From Treponema sp. (GTDB taxonomy: Bacteria > Spirochaetota > Spirochaetia > Treponematales > Breznakiellaceae), in contig JAIRND010000066.1 in NCBI GenBank assembly GCA_031258225.1, forward strand, positions 1-57,357: DNA of 57,357 bases, in the 5' to 3' direction. The number at the start of each line of letters is the position of its first letter. Positions within the stretch are counted from its first letter, which is position 1. The translations under genes and the position numbers were made by a program. Under the pieces are notes generated by a model. That model saw only the letters and a list, made by a program, of their open reading frames with translations. It was not told the origin of the DNA and ran no database searches. Shown here piece after piece: positions 1 to 7,950 of this stretch.

Positions 1-110
1 CGGAGTTTGCAAGGTAAAATCGCCTCATAGGTGGTACCCATTCGGCGATTTTTTGGGTTTCACGCGCGAAGCGCGACAAACTGCTGGGCGGAATACCGAC
101 CGGCCTGTGG
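1..110 (+). repeat. 3' part of a mosaic hairpin-rich intergenic repeat unit, cut by the window edge
   Basis: nt 1-44 equal 57314-57357 at 43/44 (mismatch at nt 39). Core GGAGTTTGCAAGGTA recurs at 13576-13590 with 1 mismatch. Hairpin AAAATCGCC (16-24)/GGCGATTTT (44-52) plus T-run. CGCGC-GAA-GCGCG hairpin at 63-75, also at 57202-57214. Right arm ACAAACTGCTGG at 77-88. Confidence 0.8.
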
Positions 111-486
111 AATAATATACGTCTATCCCCGCCCCTGCCGGGAGGCGGTAGGGGGTTACGTTTACCAGCGGGTAGCGCCCCGCGGCTAACCGAGGGCAAA
201 GCAAGATTGATGTAGTGCCTTCCCTGTTATCTCAGTTTTGTGCAGTATCCGCAAAAGGTGCTTTCTTCCCGTTCGTATATCTGCCTTTTTGACGAAGGCG
301 GCGGGATGTACGCGGTAGTGTTTATGTTCACCGCGCCGCAAAAAGCCGACTGGTTTTTTTTAAAGCCAGGCGGGCAGGTGTTTGTGTCCCGCTTGTCTAT
401 TGTGAGACCACGGGCGCCGGGGAGCAGGTAACAATGAAGAATGAGTAGGGACGAAAGAGGAATTGACAACGCGGTCCGGAATGCCC

Positions 487-515
487 TTGTACTTTTTTCC
501 GGACTGTGGTATATT
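487..515 (+). promoter_or_regulatory. putative sigma70 promoter for the LRR gene
   Basis: TTGTAC (487-492), 17-nt spacer, TATATT (510-515), with TG at 506-507. Confidence 0.35.
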
Positions 516-567
516 CATTGGAAGTACCAGTCCGGGATTCGCGATGATTAAACTGAAGGAGTTGGGG

Positions 568-1551
568 ATGAAAAAGATTGTGGTTTTGGCCGGTTTTGTT
601 TTTTTGGCGGTTTCTTTGTATGCTCAAAATATCAGTGATTTTGATATACAGGGGAATGATGACGGTACAATGACCATACTGAACTATAAAGGTACGGCAA
701 AAGACATCGTTATTCCCGAAAAAATCTTTAACATGCCGGTAACTGTTTTGGTGAATGGCGCGTTCAAGTCGAAAGGCTTAAATAGCGTTGTGCTTCCTAA
801 TACCATATCATTTATAGGTGATAGTATTTTTGAAGACAATCAATTGACATCAGTTACCATACCCGAATCGGTAGAATATATAGGCAATTATGCCTTTAGA
901 AACAATCGTCTTACAACTGTTACGATACCCGGTACAGTTGTAACAATAAATTATGCCGCATTCGCGAACAACCGGTTAACGTCTATAATTATTCCGGACA
1001 GTGTTAAAACCATCGGAGACAGCGCGTTTGAAGGCAATAGTATCACTAGTGTTGTTATTGGGAATGGTGTTGTGCATATCGGCGATTCGGCATTTGAATC
1101 ACCCGCTGGCAATGGAATTTCCAGCATAACGTTGGGCAATTCGATCAAATGGATTGGAAATGAGGCATTTTATTGTAACCAGGCATCCCGGATTATCATA
1201 CCTGACAGCGTGGTATATATTGGGGCAAGGGCGTTTGAACCCTATGTTACCAGAAATCCTACGTTGACTGAAATCAAGATTGGAAATTCGGTTGTCTTTA
1301 TCGGCGCGGAGGCATTTGAAGATCATGGCGCGGCATCAATAGTTATACCGGATAGTGTTGCAAGTGTTGGTACGGCGGCATTTAAGCCAAGTATTCAAAA
1401 TTCCCTGGTGGACATCACGATTGGACAATATGTATTCAATGGAGGCGCGTTTTCCAATAATGCTAATTTTGATACATTCTATAATGGCAACACCAGGAAA
1501 AGGGGGAGATATGTTTACGCAAACGGTAGCTGGAATTACAGTCCGCTGTAA
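568..1551 (+). CDS. BspA-type leucine-rich-repeat surface protein with signal peptide
   Basis: ORF 463-1551. Start moved to ATG 568, preceded by GAAGGAG (555-561). Signal peptide MKKIVVLAGFVFLAVSLYAQ. Many ~23-aa units of the form IP-SV-IG--AF--N-LTSV-IP. Sampled lines are about 33-38% G+C by hand count. Confidence 0.8.
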   Translation: MKKIVVLAGFVFLAVSLYAQNISDFDIQGNDDGTMTILNYKGTAKDIVIPEKIFNMPVTVLVNGAFKSKGLNSVVLPNTISFIGDSIFEDNQLTSVTIPESVEYIGNYAFRNNRLTTVTIPGTVVTINYAAFANNRLTSIIIPDSVKTIGDSAFEGNSITSVVIGNGVVHIGDSAFESPAGNGISSITLGNSIKWIGNEAFYCNQASRIIIPDSVVYIGARAFEPYVTRNPTLTEIKIGNSVVFIGAEAFEDHGAASIVIPDSVASVGTAAFKPSIQNSLVDITIGQYVFNGGAFSNNANFDTFYNGNTRKRGRYVYANGSWNYSPL

Positions 1552-1596
1552 AACAACCGCCACGGTTCGTTGGACCGCCGCGGTATGGTGACGGGC

Positions 1597-1620
1597 ATAT
1601 CACGAAAAATATCACGAAAA
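1597..1620 (+). repeat. 2 x 12-nt tandem direct repeat (ATATCACGAAAA) upstream of the lipoprotein gene
   Basis: Read directly: 1597-1608 and 1609-1620 are identical, followed by a degenerate A/T-rich third unit. Confidence 0.7.
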
Positions 1621-1656
1621 ATTTTACTTGAAAAATTTTATTATGGAGGATGTTCT

Positions 1657-2289
1657 ATGAAGAAGGCGGTCGTTTCTTTCGCGTTGGTGATGATGGTACT
1701 CGCGTCATGTTCTACTAAACAAAAGGTGGCGGGAACATGGATCGATGGTGAAGGTGAACTGTGGATCTTTGGTAATGATGGAAAAGTAATACAAGAGGGT
1801 GAGCGCGGGACATACAGCGCCACTGACACGCAACTGTCCCTTTCAGCGGATGGTGACACGGTGGTATTTGACTTCTCCATATCTTCTGACAGGAAAACGC
1901 TGCTTTTGAATAACGCCTGGTACGGTTCTCGCGCGCTGACAAAAACTCCTTCTCCTGTCAGCCTGGCTGAAAATAAATGGGCCGATGGTTCCATTACCTC
2001 AAGCGCCAGGGTTACCGCGTATTCATTCAATGCCGTGAGCGGAAAAACTTATTTTGTCTGGACAAATGATAGTTATGACGGCGACGAAACAAAATCACTT
2101 GATATTCAATTTAGTGTTTTTGACGAAAATGACGGGTACGAAGATGGTGATGATTGCTGGAGCGATCCATGCGAGTTCACCGCTTCACGCAACGGCCGCG
2201 TGACCATTGTAGTCAGGAGTTCCTACTACGATGACGATGAACTCGGTACGTTCGCGATAGCATACGGTACTAGCCCCACGCGGCCATAA
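1657..2289 (+). CDS. lipoprotein of unknown function
   Basis: ORF 1570-2289. ATG 1657 follows GGAGGA (1646-1651). MKKAVVSFALVMMVLASC carries a lipobox (LASC). Acidic C-terminal beta-rich domain. Confidence 0.7.
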   Translation: MKKAVVSFALVMMVLASCSTKQKVAGTWIDGEGELWIFGNDGKVIQEGERGTYSATDTQLSLSADGDTVVFDFSISSDRKTLLLNNAWYGSRALTKTPSPVSLAENKWADGSITSSARVTAYSFNAVSGKTYFVWTNDSYDGDETKSLDIQFSVFDENDGYEDGDDCWSDPCEFTASRNGRVTIVVRSSYYDDDELGTFAIAYGTSPTRP

Positions 2290-2337
2290 TCATTGGCGCC
2301 TTGGTCCGCTTTGCGCGCGGGGCGCGGCAAACCGCCA

Positions 2338-2898
2338 TCACCGCGTGCGGCCGGATTTTTCTGTCCGCCACTTCTCTATGCGGTCGTATGCGGCGTTGAT
2401 CCGCGTGGTTTTTTCGGTGGCCTTTTTCATGTTCCCCTCGTGCCCGGCGTGGCGGTCCGGGTGGTGCAGCTTGAGGAGCCGTTTGTAGGCGGCCTTGCAG
2501 TCCTCCGCGCCGGCGCCGAAGGGGAGCCCCAGTTCCGCGAAGTCGGGCCGCAGGTTTTCCGGGGGCGTGTTCACGTTCCGCGTTCCGCCGTCACTCCAGG
2601 CGCCGCCCGCGGCCCCGCCGGCGCTCCGCGTTCTGTTGTCGCTCCAGGCGTTGCCCGCGTTCCGCGTTTGGTTGTCGCTCCAGGCGCCGCCCGTGGCCCC
2701 GCCGGCGCTCCGGGGGTCGCTCCAGGCTTCGCCCGCGCCCTTCCGGTTACCGGTTTCCCCGTCCCGGAGAAAGCGTTCCAGCTCGGCCTCCGCGTCTTCC
2801 AGGTCCGGATCCCCCCTTCGGGACCGGCCGAATAGCCGCTCGTCTTCCTGGTTCAGGTAGCTTTTGATCACGTGTTCCAAACGGTCAAATATTCCCAC
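2338..2898 (-). CDS. J-domain (DnaJ-like) protein with a repetitive AWSD linker
   Basis: C-terminal AAYKRLLKLHHPDR...ATEKTTRINAAYDRI contains the HPD J-domain motif. Four AWSD motifs are spaced 14/12/16 aa apart. Confidence 0.7.
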   Translation of the reverse strand: MGIFDRLEHVIKSYLNQEDERLFGRSRRGDPDLEDAEAELERFLRDGETGNRKGAGEAWSDPRSAGGATGGAWSDNQTRNAGNAWSDNRTRSAGGAAGGAWSDGGTRNVNTPPENLRPDFAELGLPFGAGAEDCKAAYKRLLKLHHPDRHAGHEGNMKKATEKTTRINAAYDRIEKWRTEKSGRTR

Positions 2899-2963
2899 AG
2901 TTCCTCCCGCGCGATGTTTTTTGTCCTGCTTCCTTGAGTTTCAGTATACCATTTTTTGAATTC

Positions 2964-2972
2964 TGATATAAT
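2964..2972 (+). promoter_or_regulatory. putative extended -10 promoter (TGaTATAAT) upstream of galM
   Basis: TG at 2964-2965 and TATAAT at 2967-2972, about 88 nt upstream of ATG 3060. No convincing -35 element. Confidence 0.3.
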
Positions 2973-3059
2973 GGAGCCGGTTCCGCCGCGCGCGGGCCAG
3001 AGGCGCCGCCGTATGGAAGGCGCGGTACTACGTTTGGTGTTATTTCCGGTGGAGGGCAC

Positions 3060-4106
3060 ATGAAAATCTCACGAAAAACTTTTGGAATCCTTTCGGACGG
3101 CAGAAAGGCGCGTCTGTATACCCTTACGGCCGGGGACCTGTGTTTTTCCGTTACCGATCTGGGGGCAACCTGGACCTCGCTTATCGTTCCTTCCCGCCTG
3201 GGCCGGAAGGAGGACGTGATCCTGGGGGCATCCTCCTTTGCCGGTTACGCCGGCGGCCAAAGCGCCCTGGGGATCACCGTGGGCCGTTTCGCCAACCGGA
3301 TCGGCGGGGCCGCGTTTACGCTGGACGGTAAAACGTACCGGTTGGAACAAAACGACGGGCCCAACTCCCTTCACGGGGGACGGCGGGGCTATGACAAGGC
3401 CCTGTGGAAGGCGGATGCGTACAAGGAAAAGGACGGAGTCTTTGTGCGGTTCAAGCTGAAAAGTCCCTCTGGCGATTCGGGCTTTCCCGGCAGCCTCAAC
3501 GTAACGGTAACGTACGGCCTTACCGAAAACAATGAACTTATCGCCTGTTACCGCGCAAGCGCCGATGAGTGGACCCCGGTGAATCTGACCAACCACGCCT
3601 ACTTTAACCTGGCCGGGGAGGGGAAGGGTACGATCCTGAACCACGAACTTACCCTCTGCTCATCATCGTACCTGGAGGTGGACGAGGGGCTTATCCCCAC
3701 CGGCGGCATACTCCCCGTGGACGGCACGCCCTACGATTTCCGTTCCCCCAAGCCCATCGGCAAGGACCTGGAAGCGGCGGTCAAGGGCGGGGCCCCCGGC
3801 GGCTACGATCACTGCTATGTGGTGGACGGGGAAGTCGGCAAACTCAGGCCCTGCGCGGAGATCTTTGAGGGAACCAGCGGCAGGACCCTGAAGGTACTCA
3901 GCACCCAGCCCGGCCTTCAGTTCTACACCGGCAATTTCCTCAAGGCGGTACCGGGAAAGGCCGGCGGGGTCTACAACCGGTACGACGGCTTCTGCCTGGA
4001 AACCCAGCACTTCCCCGATTCCCCCAACAGGCCGGAATTTCCGGACTCGATCTTCGGCCCCGGCAGAAAGTACCGCGAGAAAGCGGTGTTCGCGTTTAGC
4101 TGGTAA
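3060..4106 (+). CDS. galM: galactose mutarotase (aldose 1-epimerase)
   Basis: Family motifs present: VGRFANRI, LHGG, NLTNHAYFNL, YDHCY, FCLETQHFPDSPN. Confidence 0.85.
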   Translation: MKISRKTFGILSDGRKARLYTLTAGDLCFSVTDLGATWTSLIVPSRLGRKEDVILGASSFAGYAGGQSALGITVGRFANRIGGAAFTLDGKTYRLEQNDGPNSLHGGRRGYDKALWKADAYKEKDGVFVRFKLKSPSGDSGFPGSLNVTVTYGLTENNELIACYRASADEWTPVNLTNHAYFNLAGEGKGTILNHELTLCSSSYLEVDEGLIPTGGILPVDGTPYDFRSPKPIGKDLEAAVKGGAPGGYDHCYVVDGEVGKLRPCAEIFEGTSGRTLKVLSTQPGLQFYTGNFLKAVPGKAGGVYNRYDGFCLETQHFPDSPNRPEFPDSIFGPGRKYREKAVFAFSW

Positions 4107-4120
4107 GTCCTTTTGGGCGC

Positions 4121-4155
4121 GTCCGGCCGCTTTGCCCCCGTGGGGCGGGCCGGAC
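4121..4155. terminator. GC-rich hairpin between convergent galM and the Rpn-like gene
   Basis: GTCCGGCC (4121-4128) pairs with GGCCGGAC (4148-4155). There is no clear U-run. Confidence 0.3.
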
Positions 4156-4165
4156 CGGTTACGCT

Positions 4166-4801
4166 TTACAGGTTGGCTATATCGTCCGGAGGCATACCGG
4201 TGAGTTCGGCTATCCGGTTCACCGGAATCCCCTGATCCTTCATTTTTCGGGCAACTTCACGCTTCCCCTCACGCTTCCCTTTTGTTATCCCCGCACGTTC
4301 CCCTTCGATCTTCCCCTGGCGCCGCGCGGTTACCATCCGGCTCTGCAGGTCTACCGCGTATTTGTATTCGCTCATCAGCCGGGCCCGCTCAACTTCGTCC
4401 TTGCTTATCGTTATTAATACTTCTCCAGCCATCGCTATTCCCTCCTCATACCTCAGTATCTCGTTGATCCTTTCCCGCTTCTCCCTGTCCTTCACGTACC
4501 GGAAAAATACCCCCCACCGCTCCTTCCCCGTCATCTCCCCCGCGGACTTTGCCAGCGCCTTTTCGACTTTCTCCAGTTCAACCGTGATGATCCGGCTCCT
4601 CCCGCCCAGCGCCACACGCCGTTCCGGGTCATAGTATTCAAGCCGTACCGGCTCGCACTGCTCCGGACTCAGGAACATCTCCACGTTCATCAGTTCCCCT
4701 CCGGAGGCTTTGCAGTACGGATAGCTGCCATCGCGCGCTCCTGTTTGTATTATCGTTTGTTTTATTGTTTCCGGAAAGCCATTATTGACGGCAGTCGGCA
4801 A
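4166..4801 (-). CDS. Rpn family recombination-promoting nuclease / PD-(D/E)XK transposase-like protein, apparently N-terminally truncated
   Basis: The C-terminus (KIEGERAGITKGKREGKREVARKMKDQGIPVNRIAELTGMPPDDIANL) is typical of the Rpn/YhgA-like family. An NVEM motif resembling the NIEMQ catalytic motif sits near the ORF start. The upstream nuclease half is absent. Confidence 0.55.
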   Translation of the reverse strand: MPTAVNNGFPETIKQTIIQTGARDGSYPYCKASGGELMNVEMFLSPEQCEPVRLEYYDPERRVALGGRSRIITVELEKVEKALAKSAGEMTGKERWGVFFRYVKDREKRERINEILRYEEGIAMAGEVLITISKDEVERARLMSEYKYAVDLQSRMVTARRQGKIEGERAGITKGKREGKREVARKMKDQGIPVNRIAELTGMPPDDIANL

Positions 4802-4913
4802 TTTCAGTTTTGGCCGCCGGTTTCCCGCTCCCCCGCCGGATTGATTTGGTAGGAGATCAACCGATCCTTATACACAAGTAAACGCCGATCTCGCTGTTTT
4901 TCCCGGACGCGCC

Positions 4914-4940
4914 TTGAAATTAGTCCCGGATGTATATAAT
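4914..4940 (+). promoter_or_regulatory. putative promoter of the V-ATPase operon
   Basis: TTGAAA (4914-4919) and TGtaTATAAT (4931-4940). The spacer is only 15 nt, so this is weak. Confidence 0.3.
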
Positions 4941-4987
4941 TTAAGAGTATATCTTTGCCTGGACCGGCTAAATGAAAGAAGGAAACC

Positions 4988-5602
4988 ATGGAAATTCAGT
5001 TGCAGGAACTCATCGATAAAATAAAGAGGGACGGGATTGAATCCGCCTCCGGGGAGGCCGCCCGCCTTAAAAATCAGGCGGAGGGAGAGGCCCGGCGGAT
5101 CGTGGAAGCCGCCCGGAAGGAGGCGGAAACCATCGTGGCCGCCGCCCGGGCCGACGCCGAACGGGCGGAAAAGGCGGGGATTGCCGCCGTGGCCCAGGCC
5201 TCCCGGAACCTTATCCTGGCGTTCAAAGGGGAAATTCAGGCGGTTTTGGACCGAATTGTCGTGCGGGAGACCGCCGCGGCCTATAACGCGGACCTAATCA
5301 AGACCGTGCTGCCGGAAATTCTTAAAAATTGGGCCGCCGGGGGGGGCGACTCGCTTGATATTCTGCTGCCGGAGGCCCAGCTTGCCCCGCTGGAGGCTTT
5401 GTTCCGGGAAAAACTTGCCGCGGAACTCAAAAAAGGGGCGGAACTCAAGTCCGACCGGAACCTGGGGGCGGGTTTCCGCATCGCCAACCGGGACGGTTCC
5501 GCCTACTACGACTTTTCCGCCGAGGCGGTAGGGGACCTGCTCTCCGCCTACCTTAACCCCCGCCTGGCGGAAATCGTAAAAACCCAGGCAAAGGAACTAT
5601 AA
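4988..5602 (+). CDS. atpE: V-type ATP synthase subunit E
   Basis: Ala/Glu/Arg-rich coiled-coil N-terminus. First gene of the V-ATPase operon. Confidence 0.8.
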   Translation: MEIQLQELIDKIKRDGIESASGEAARLKNQAEGEARRIVEAARKEAETIVAAARADAERAEKAGIAAVAQASRNLILAFKGEIQAVLDRIVVRETAAAYNADLIKTVLPEILKNWAAGGGDSLDILLPEAQLAPLEALFREKLAAELKKGAELKSDRNLGAGFRIANRDGSAYYDFSAEAVGDLLSAYLNPRLAEIVKTQAKEL

Positions 5603-5605
5603 GCG

Positions 5606-6181
5606 GTGGGCGCCTATTATTACCTTGTCGCCCAGCTTCCCAGCCTTGTCTACGGTCAGGAACCGCCCATGAGTTCTGTCCATTTTCTGGATCTCGCGCG
5701 GACACAGTTGAGCGCGGAGGACGCCGCCCTGTTGTCCCTCCTTGAACCGCGGACGGGGGCCGGGCCCCGCGCCGAAGGGCCCTCCGGGTCAGGGTTTATC
5801 GACACATGGCGGGTTTGGGAGCGGGCCCTGCGTTTGAACCTGGCCCGGCTCCGCGCCTCCCGGCTTAAACGGGACGGGGCCGCGCCCGTGGACCCGCCGG
5901 CGGACCCGGCGGACGCGGCGGCCGTTGCCCACGGGGCCCTGGCCGCGGCGGAAAATCCGCTTGAGGCGGAGATCTTTCTGGACAGGGCCCGCTGGAACGC
6001 GATAGAGCGGTTCCAGGGGATACCCGCGTTTAGCCGGGACGCCGTATACGCGTACCTGCTCAAACTCCTCATTTTGGAACGCCGCGCCTCTTTCAAAGCG
6101 GAAACAGGCTTTGCGGAATATAAATCGTTATACGCTTCAATTCTGGAACACGCCCGTCCGGGCGCAGGAGAATCTACATGA
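5606..6181 (+). CDS. DUF2764-family protein (V-ATPase operon accessory, subunit C-like position)
   Basis: GTG start. N-terminal YYYLVAQLPSL resembles the DUF2764 signature. Sits between the E and A genes. Confidence 0.6.
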   Translation: MGAYYYLVAQLPSLVYGQEPPMSSVHFLDLARTQLSAEDAALLSLLEPRTGAGPRAEGPSGSGFIDTWRVWERALRLNLARLRASRLKRDGAAPVDPPADPADAAAVAHGALAAAENPLEAEIFLDRARWNAIERFQGIPAFSRDAVYAYLLKLLILERRASFKAETGFAEYKSLYASILEHARPGAGEST

Positions 6182-7938
6182 CTGGAACGAAAGGCAGTGT
6201 GGTAGCCGTCAACGGCAACATGGTCAGCGTCCGTTTCGACGGCGAGGTGTCCATGAACGAGGTGGGCTACGTTAAAGTTGGAGATAAACGGCTCAAGAGC
6301 GAGGTTATCCGTATCCGGGGGGATATTTCCCAGCTCCAGGTCTTTGAAATTACCAGGGGTATCACCATTGGGGACGAGGTGGAGTACACCGGGGACATGC
6401 TGGCCGTCGAGGTGGGGCCCGGTCTTTTGGGCCAGGTCTACGACGGCCTCCAGAACCCCCTGCCCCGCCTGGCGGAGGCGGCGGGTTACTTTCTGGAACG
6501 GGGGGTGTACCTTGACGCCCTGCCGCTGGATAAAACCTGGGAGTTTAGCCCCGCCGCCAAGGTTGGGGACACGGTAGAACGGGCGGATACCCTGGGAACC
6601 GTGCCGGAGGGGGCCTTTACCCACCGGATCATGGTCCCCTTTAACTTCTACGGGACCTATACGGTCTCCTCGATTAAACCCGCCGGTTCATACCGGGTCC
6701 GGGATACCATCGCGGAACTCCGGGATGAAAAGGGCGCGACGATCCCCGTTTCCATGTGTTTCCGCTGGCCCGTCAAGCGGCCGGTGGACTGTTACGAGGA
6801 GCGCCTAAAGCCCTCCGAGCCTATGGTAACCCGGGTCCGCCTTATCGACACCTTTTTCCCCGTGGCGCGGGGGGGGACCTACTGTATCCCCGGCCCCTTT
6901 GGGGCGGGAAAAACCGTTTTACAGCAGATCACCAGCCGCCACGCGGATGTGGATATCGTGATTCTGGCGGCCTGCGGCGAGCGGGCCGGCGAAGTGGTGG
7001 AGACCCTGAAGGAATTTCCCGAACTTACCGACCCCCGTACCGGCCGTTCCCTGATGGAACGGACCGTCATCATCTGTAATACCTCCTCCATGCCCGTGGC
7101 GGCGCGGGAAGCGTCGGTCTACACCGCGGTAACTCTGGCGGAGTACTACCGCCAGATGGGGCTTGATGTTCTGCTCCTGGCCGACTCGACCAGCCGCTGG
7201 GCCCAGGCCATGCGGGAAATGTCGGGCCGCCTTGAAGAGATACCCGGAGAGGAGGCCTTTCCGGCCTACCTTGAATCCACGATTGCCAGCTTCTACGAGC
7301 GGGCGGGGATTGTGCGGCTCCGGGACGGCGGCACCGGATCGGTTACTATCGGCGGGACGGTCAGCCCCGCGGGCGGTAACTTTGAGGAGCCGGTAACCCA
7401 GGCCACCCTCAAAGTTGTGGGGGCCTTTCACGGCCTTTCCTACGAGCGTTCCTATGCCCGTAAGTACCCCGCCATTCACCCCCTGGATTCCTGGTCCAAG
7501 TACAAGGGGATACTTCCCCAGGAGAAGGTTTCCTACGCCCACGGCTTTATGAGGCGCGGCAGCGAGGTGGAACAGATGATGAAGGTGGTCGGCGAGGAGG
7601 GTACAAGCCTTGATGACTACATCGTCTACCTCAAAGGCGATTTTCTGGACGCGGTTTACTTCCAGCAGAACTCCTTCGACCCGGTCGACTCCTCGGTAAG
7701 CCCGGAACGGCAGCGGCACGTGTTTTCCATACTCCTGGGCGTCATGGCCTCCCATTTCAGTTTTCCCGATAAAAACGAGGCCCGCGGCTGGTTCAACCGG
7801 CTCCGGCAGCGTTTTTTGGACTACAACGGTTCCGAATGGCAGAGCGACCGTTTCAAAACACTGGAAAAGGCGATTCGGGACGAGATAAGCTCCAAGACCG
7901 AAGGTCTGGACCCGGCGGGTCAAAAAATTATTGCCTAG
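6178..7938 (+). CDS. atpA: V-type ATP synthase catalytic subunit A
   Basis: Walker A GPFGAGKT. 586 aa. ATGA overlap with the upstream gene. Confidence 0.95.
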   Translation: MTGTKGSVVAVNGNMVSVRFDGEVSMNEVGYVKVGDKRLKSEVIRIRGDISQLQVFEITRGITIGDEVEYTGDMLAVEVGPGLLGQVYDGLQNPLPRLAEAAGYFLERGVYLDALPLDKTWEFSPAAKVGDTVERADTLGTVPEGAFTHRIMVPFNFYGTYTVSSIKPAGSYRVRDTIAELRDEKGATIPVSMCFRWPVKRPVDCYEERLKPSEPMVTRVRLIDTFFPVARGGTYCIPGPFGAGKTVLQQITSRHADVDIVILAACGERAGEVVETLKEFPELTDPRTGRSLMERTVIICNTSSMPVAAREASVYTAVTLAEYYRQMGLDVLLLADSTSRWAQAMREMSGRLEEIPGEEAFPAYLESTIASFYERAGIVRLRDGGTGSVTIGGTVSPAGGNFEEPVTQATLKVVGAFHGLSYERSYARKYPAIHPLDSWSKYKGILPQEKVSYAHGFMRRGSEVEQMMKVVGEEGTSLDDYIVYLKGDFLDAVYFQQNSFDPVDSSVSPERQRHVFSILLGVMASHFSFPDKNEARGWFNRLRQRFLDYNGSEWQSDRFKTLEKAIRDEISSKTEGLDPAGQKIIA

Positions 7939-7950
7939 ACAGAGGAAACC

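Noticed and set aside
150-215. GTTTACCAG and GGGCAAAGC strings reminiscent of SRP RNA and c-di-GMP-I riboswitch motifs.
   Set aside because: The surrounding sequence does not give the required paired partners or the other conserved blocks, so this is treated as a chance resemblance.
227-469. Overlapping 80-aa (minus strand) and 63-aa (plus strand) ORFs in the left intergenic region.
   Set aside because: They have no RBS, an odd composition, and overlap each other. They are treated as non-coding.
2293-2835. 180-aa and 121-aa plus-strand ORFs opposite the J-domain gene.
   Set aside because: They are Pro/Ala/Gly/Arg-rich antisense translations of the repeat linker. The minus strand carries the HPD J-domain.
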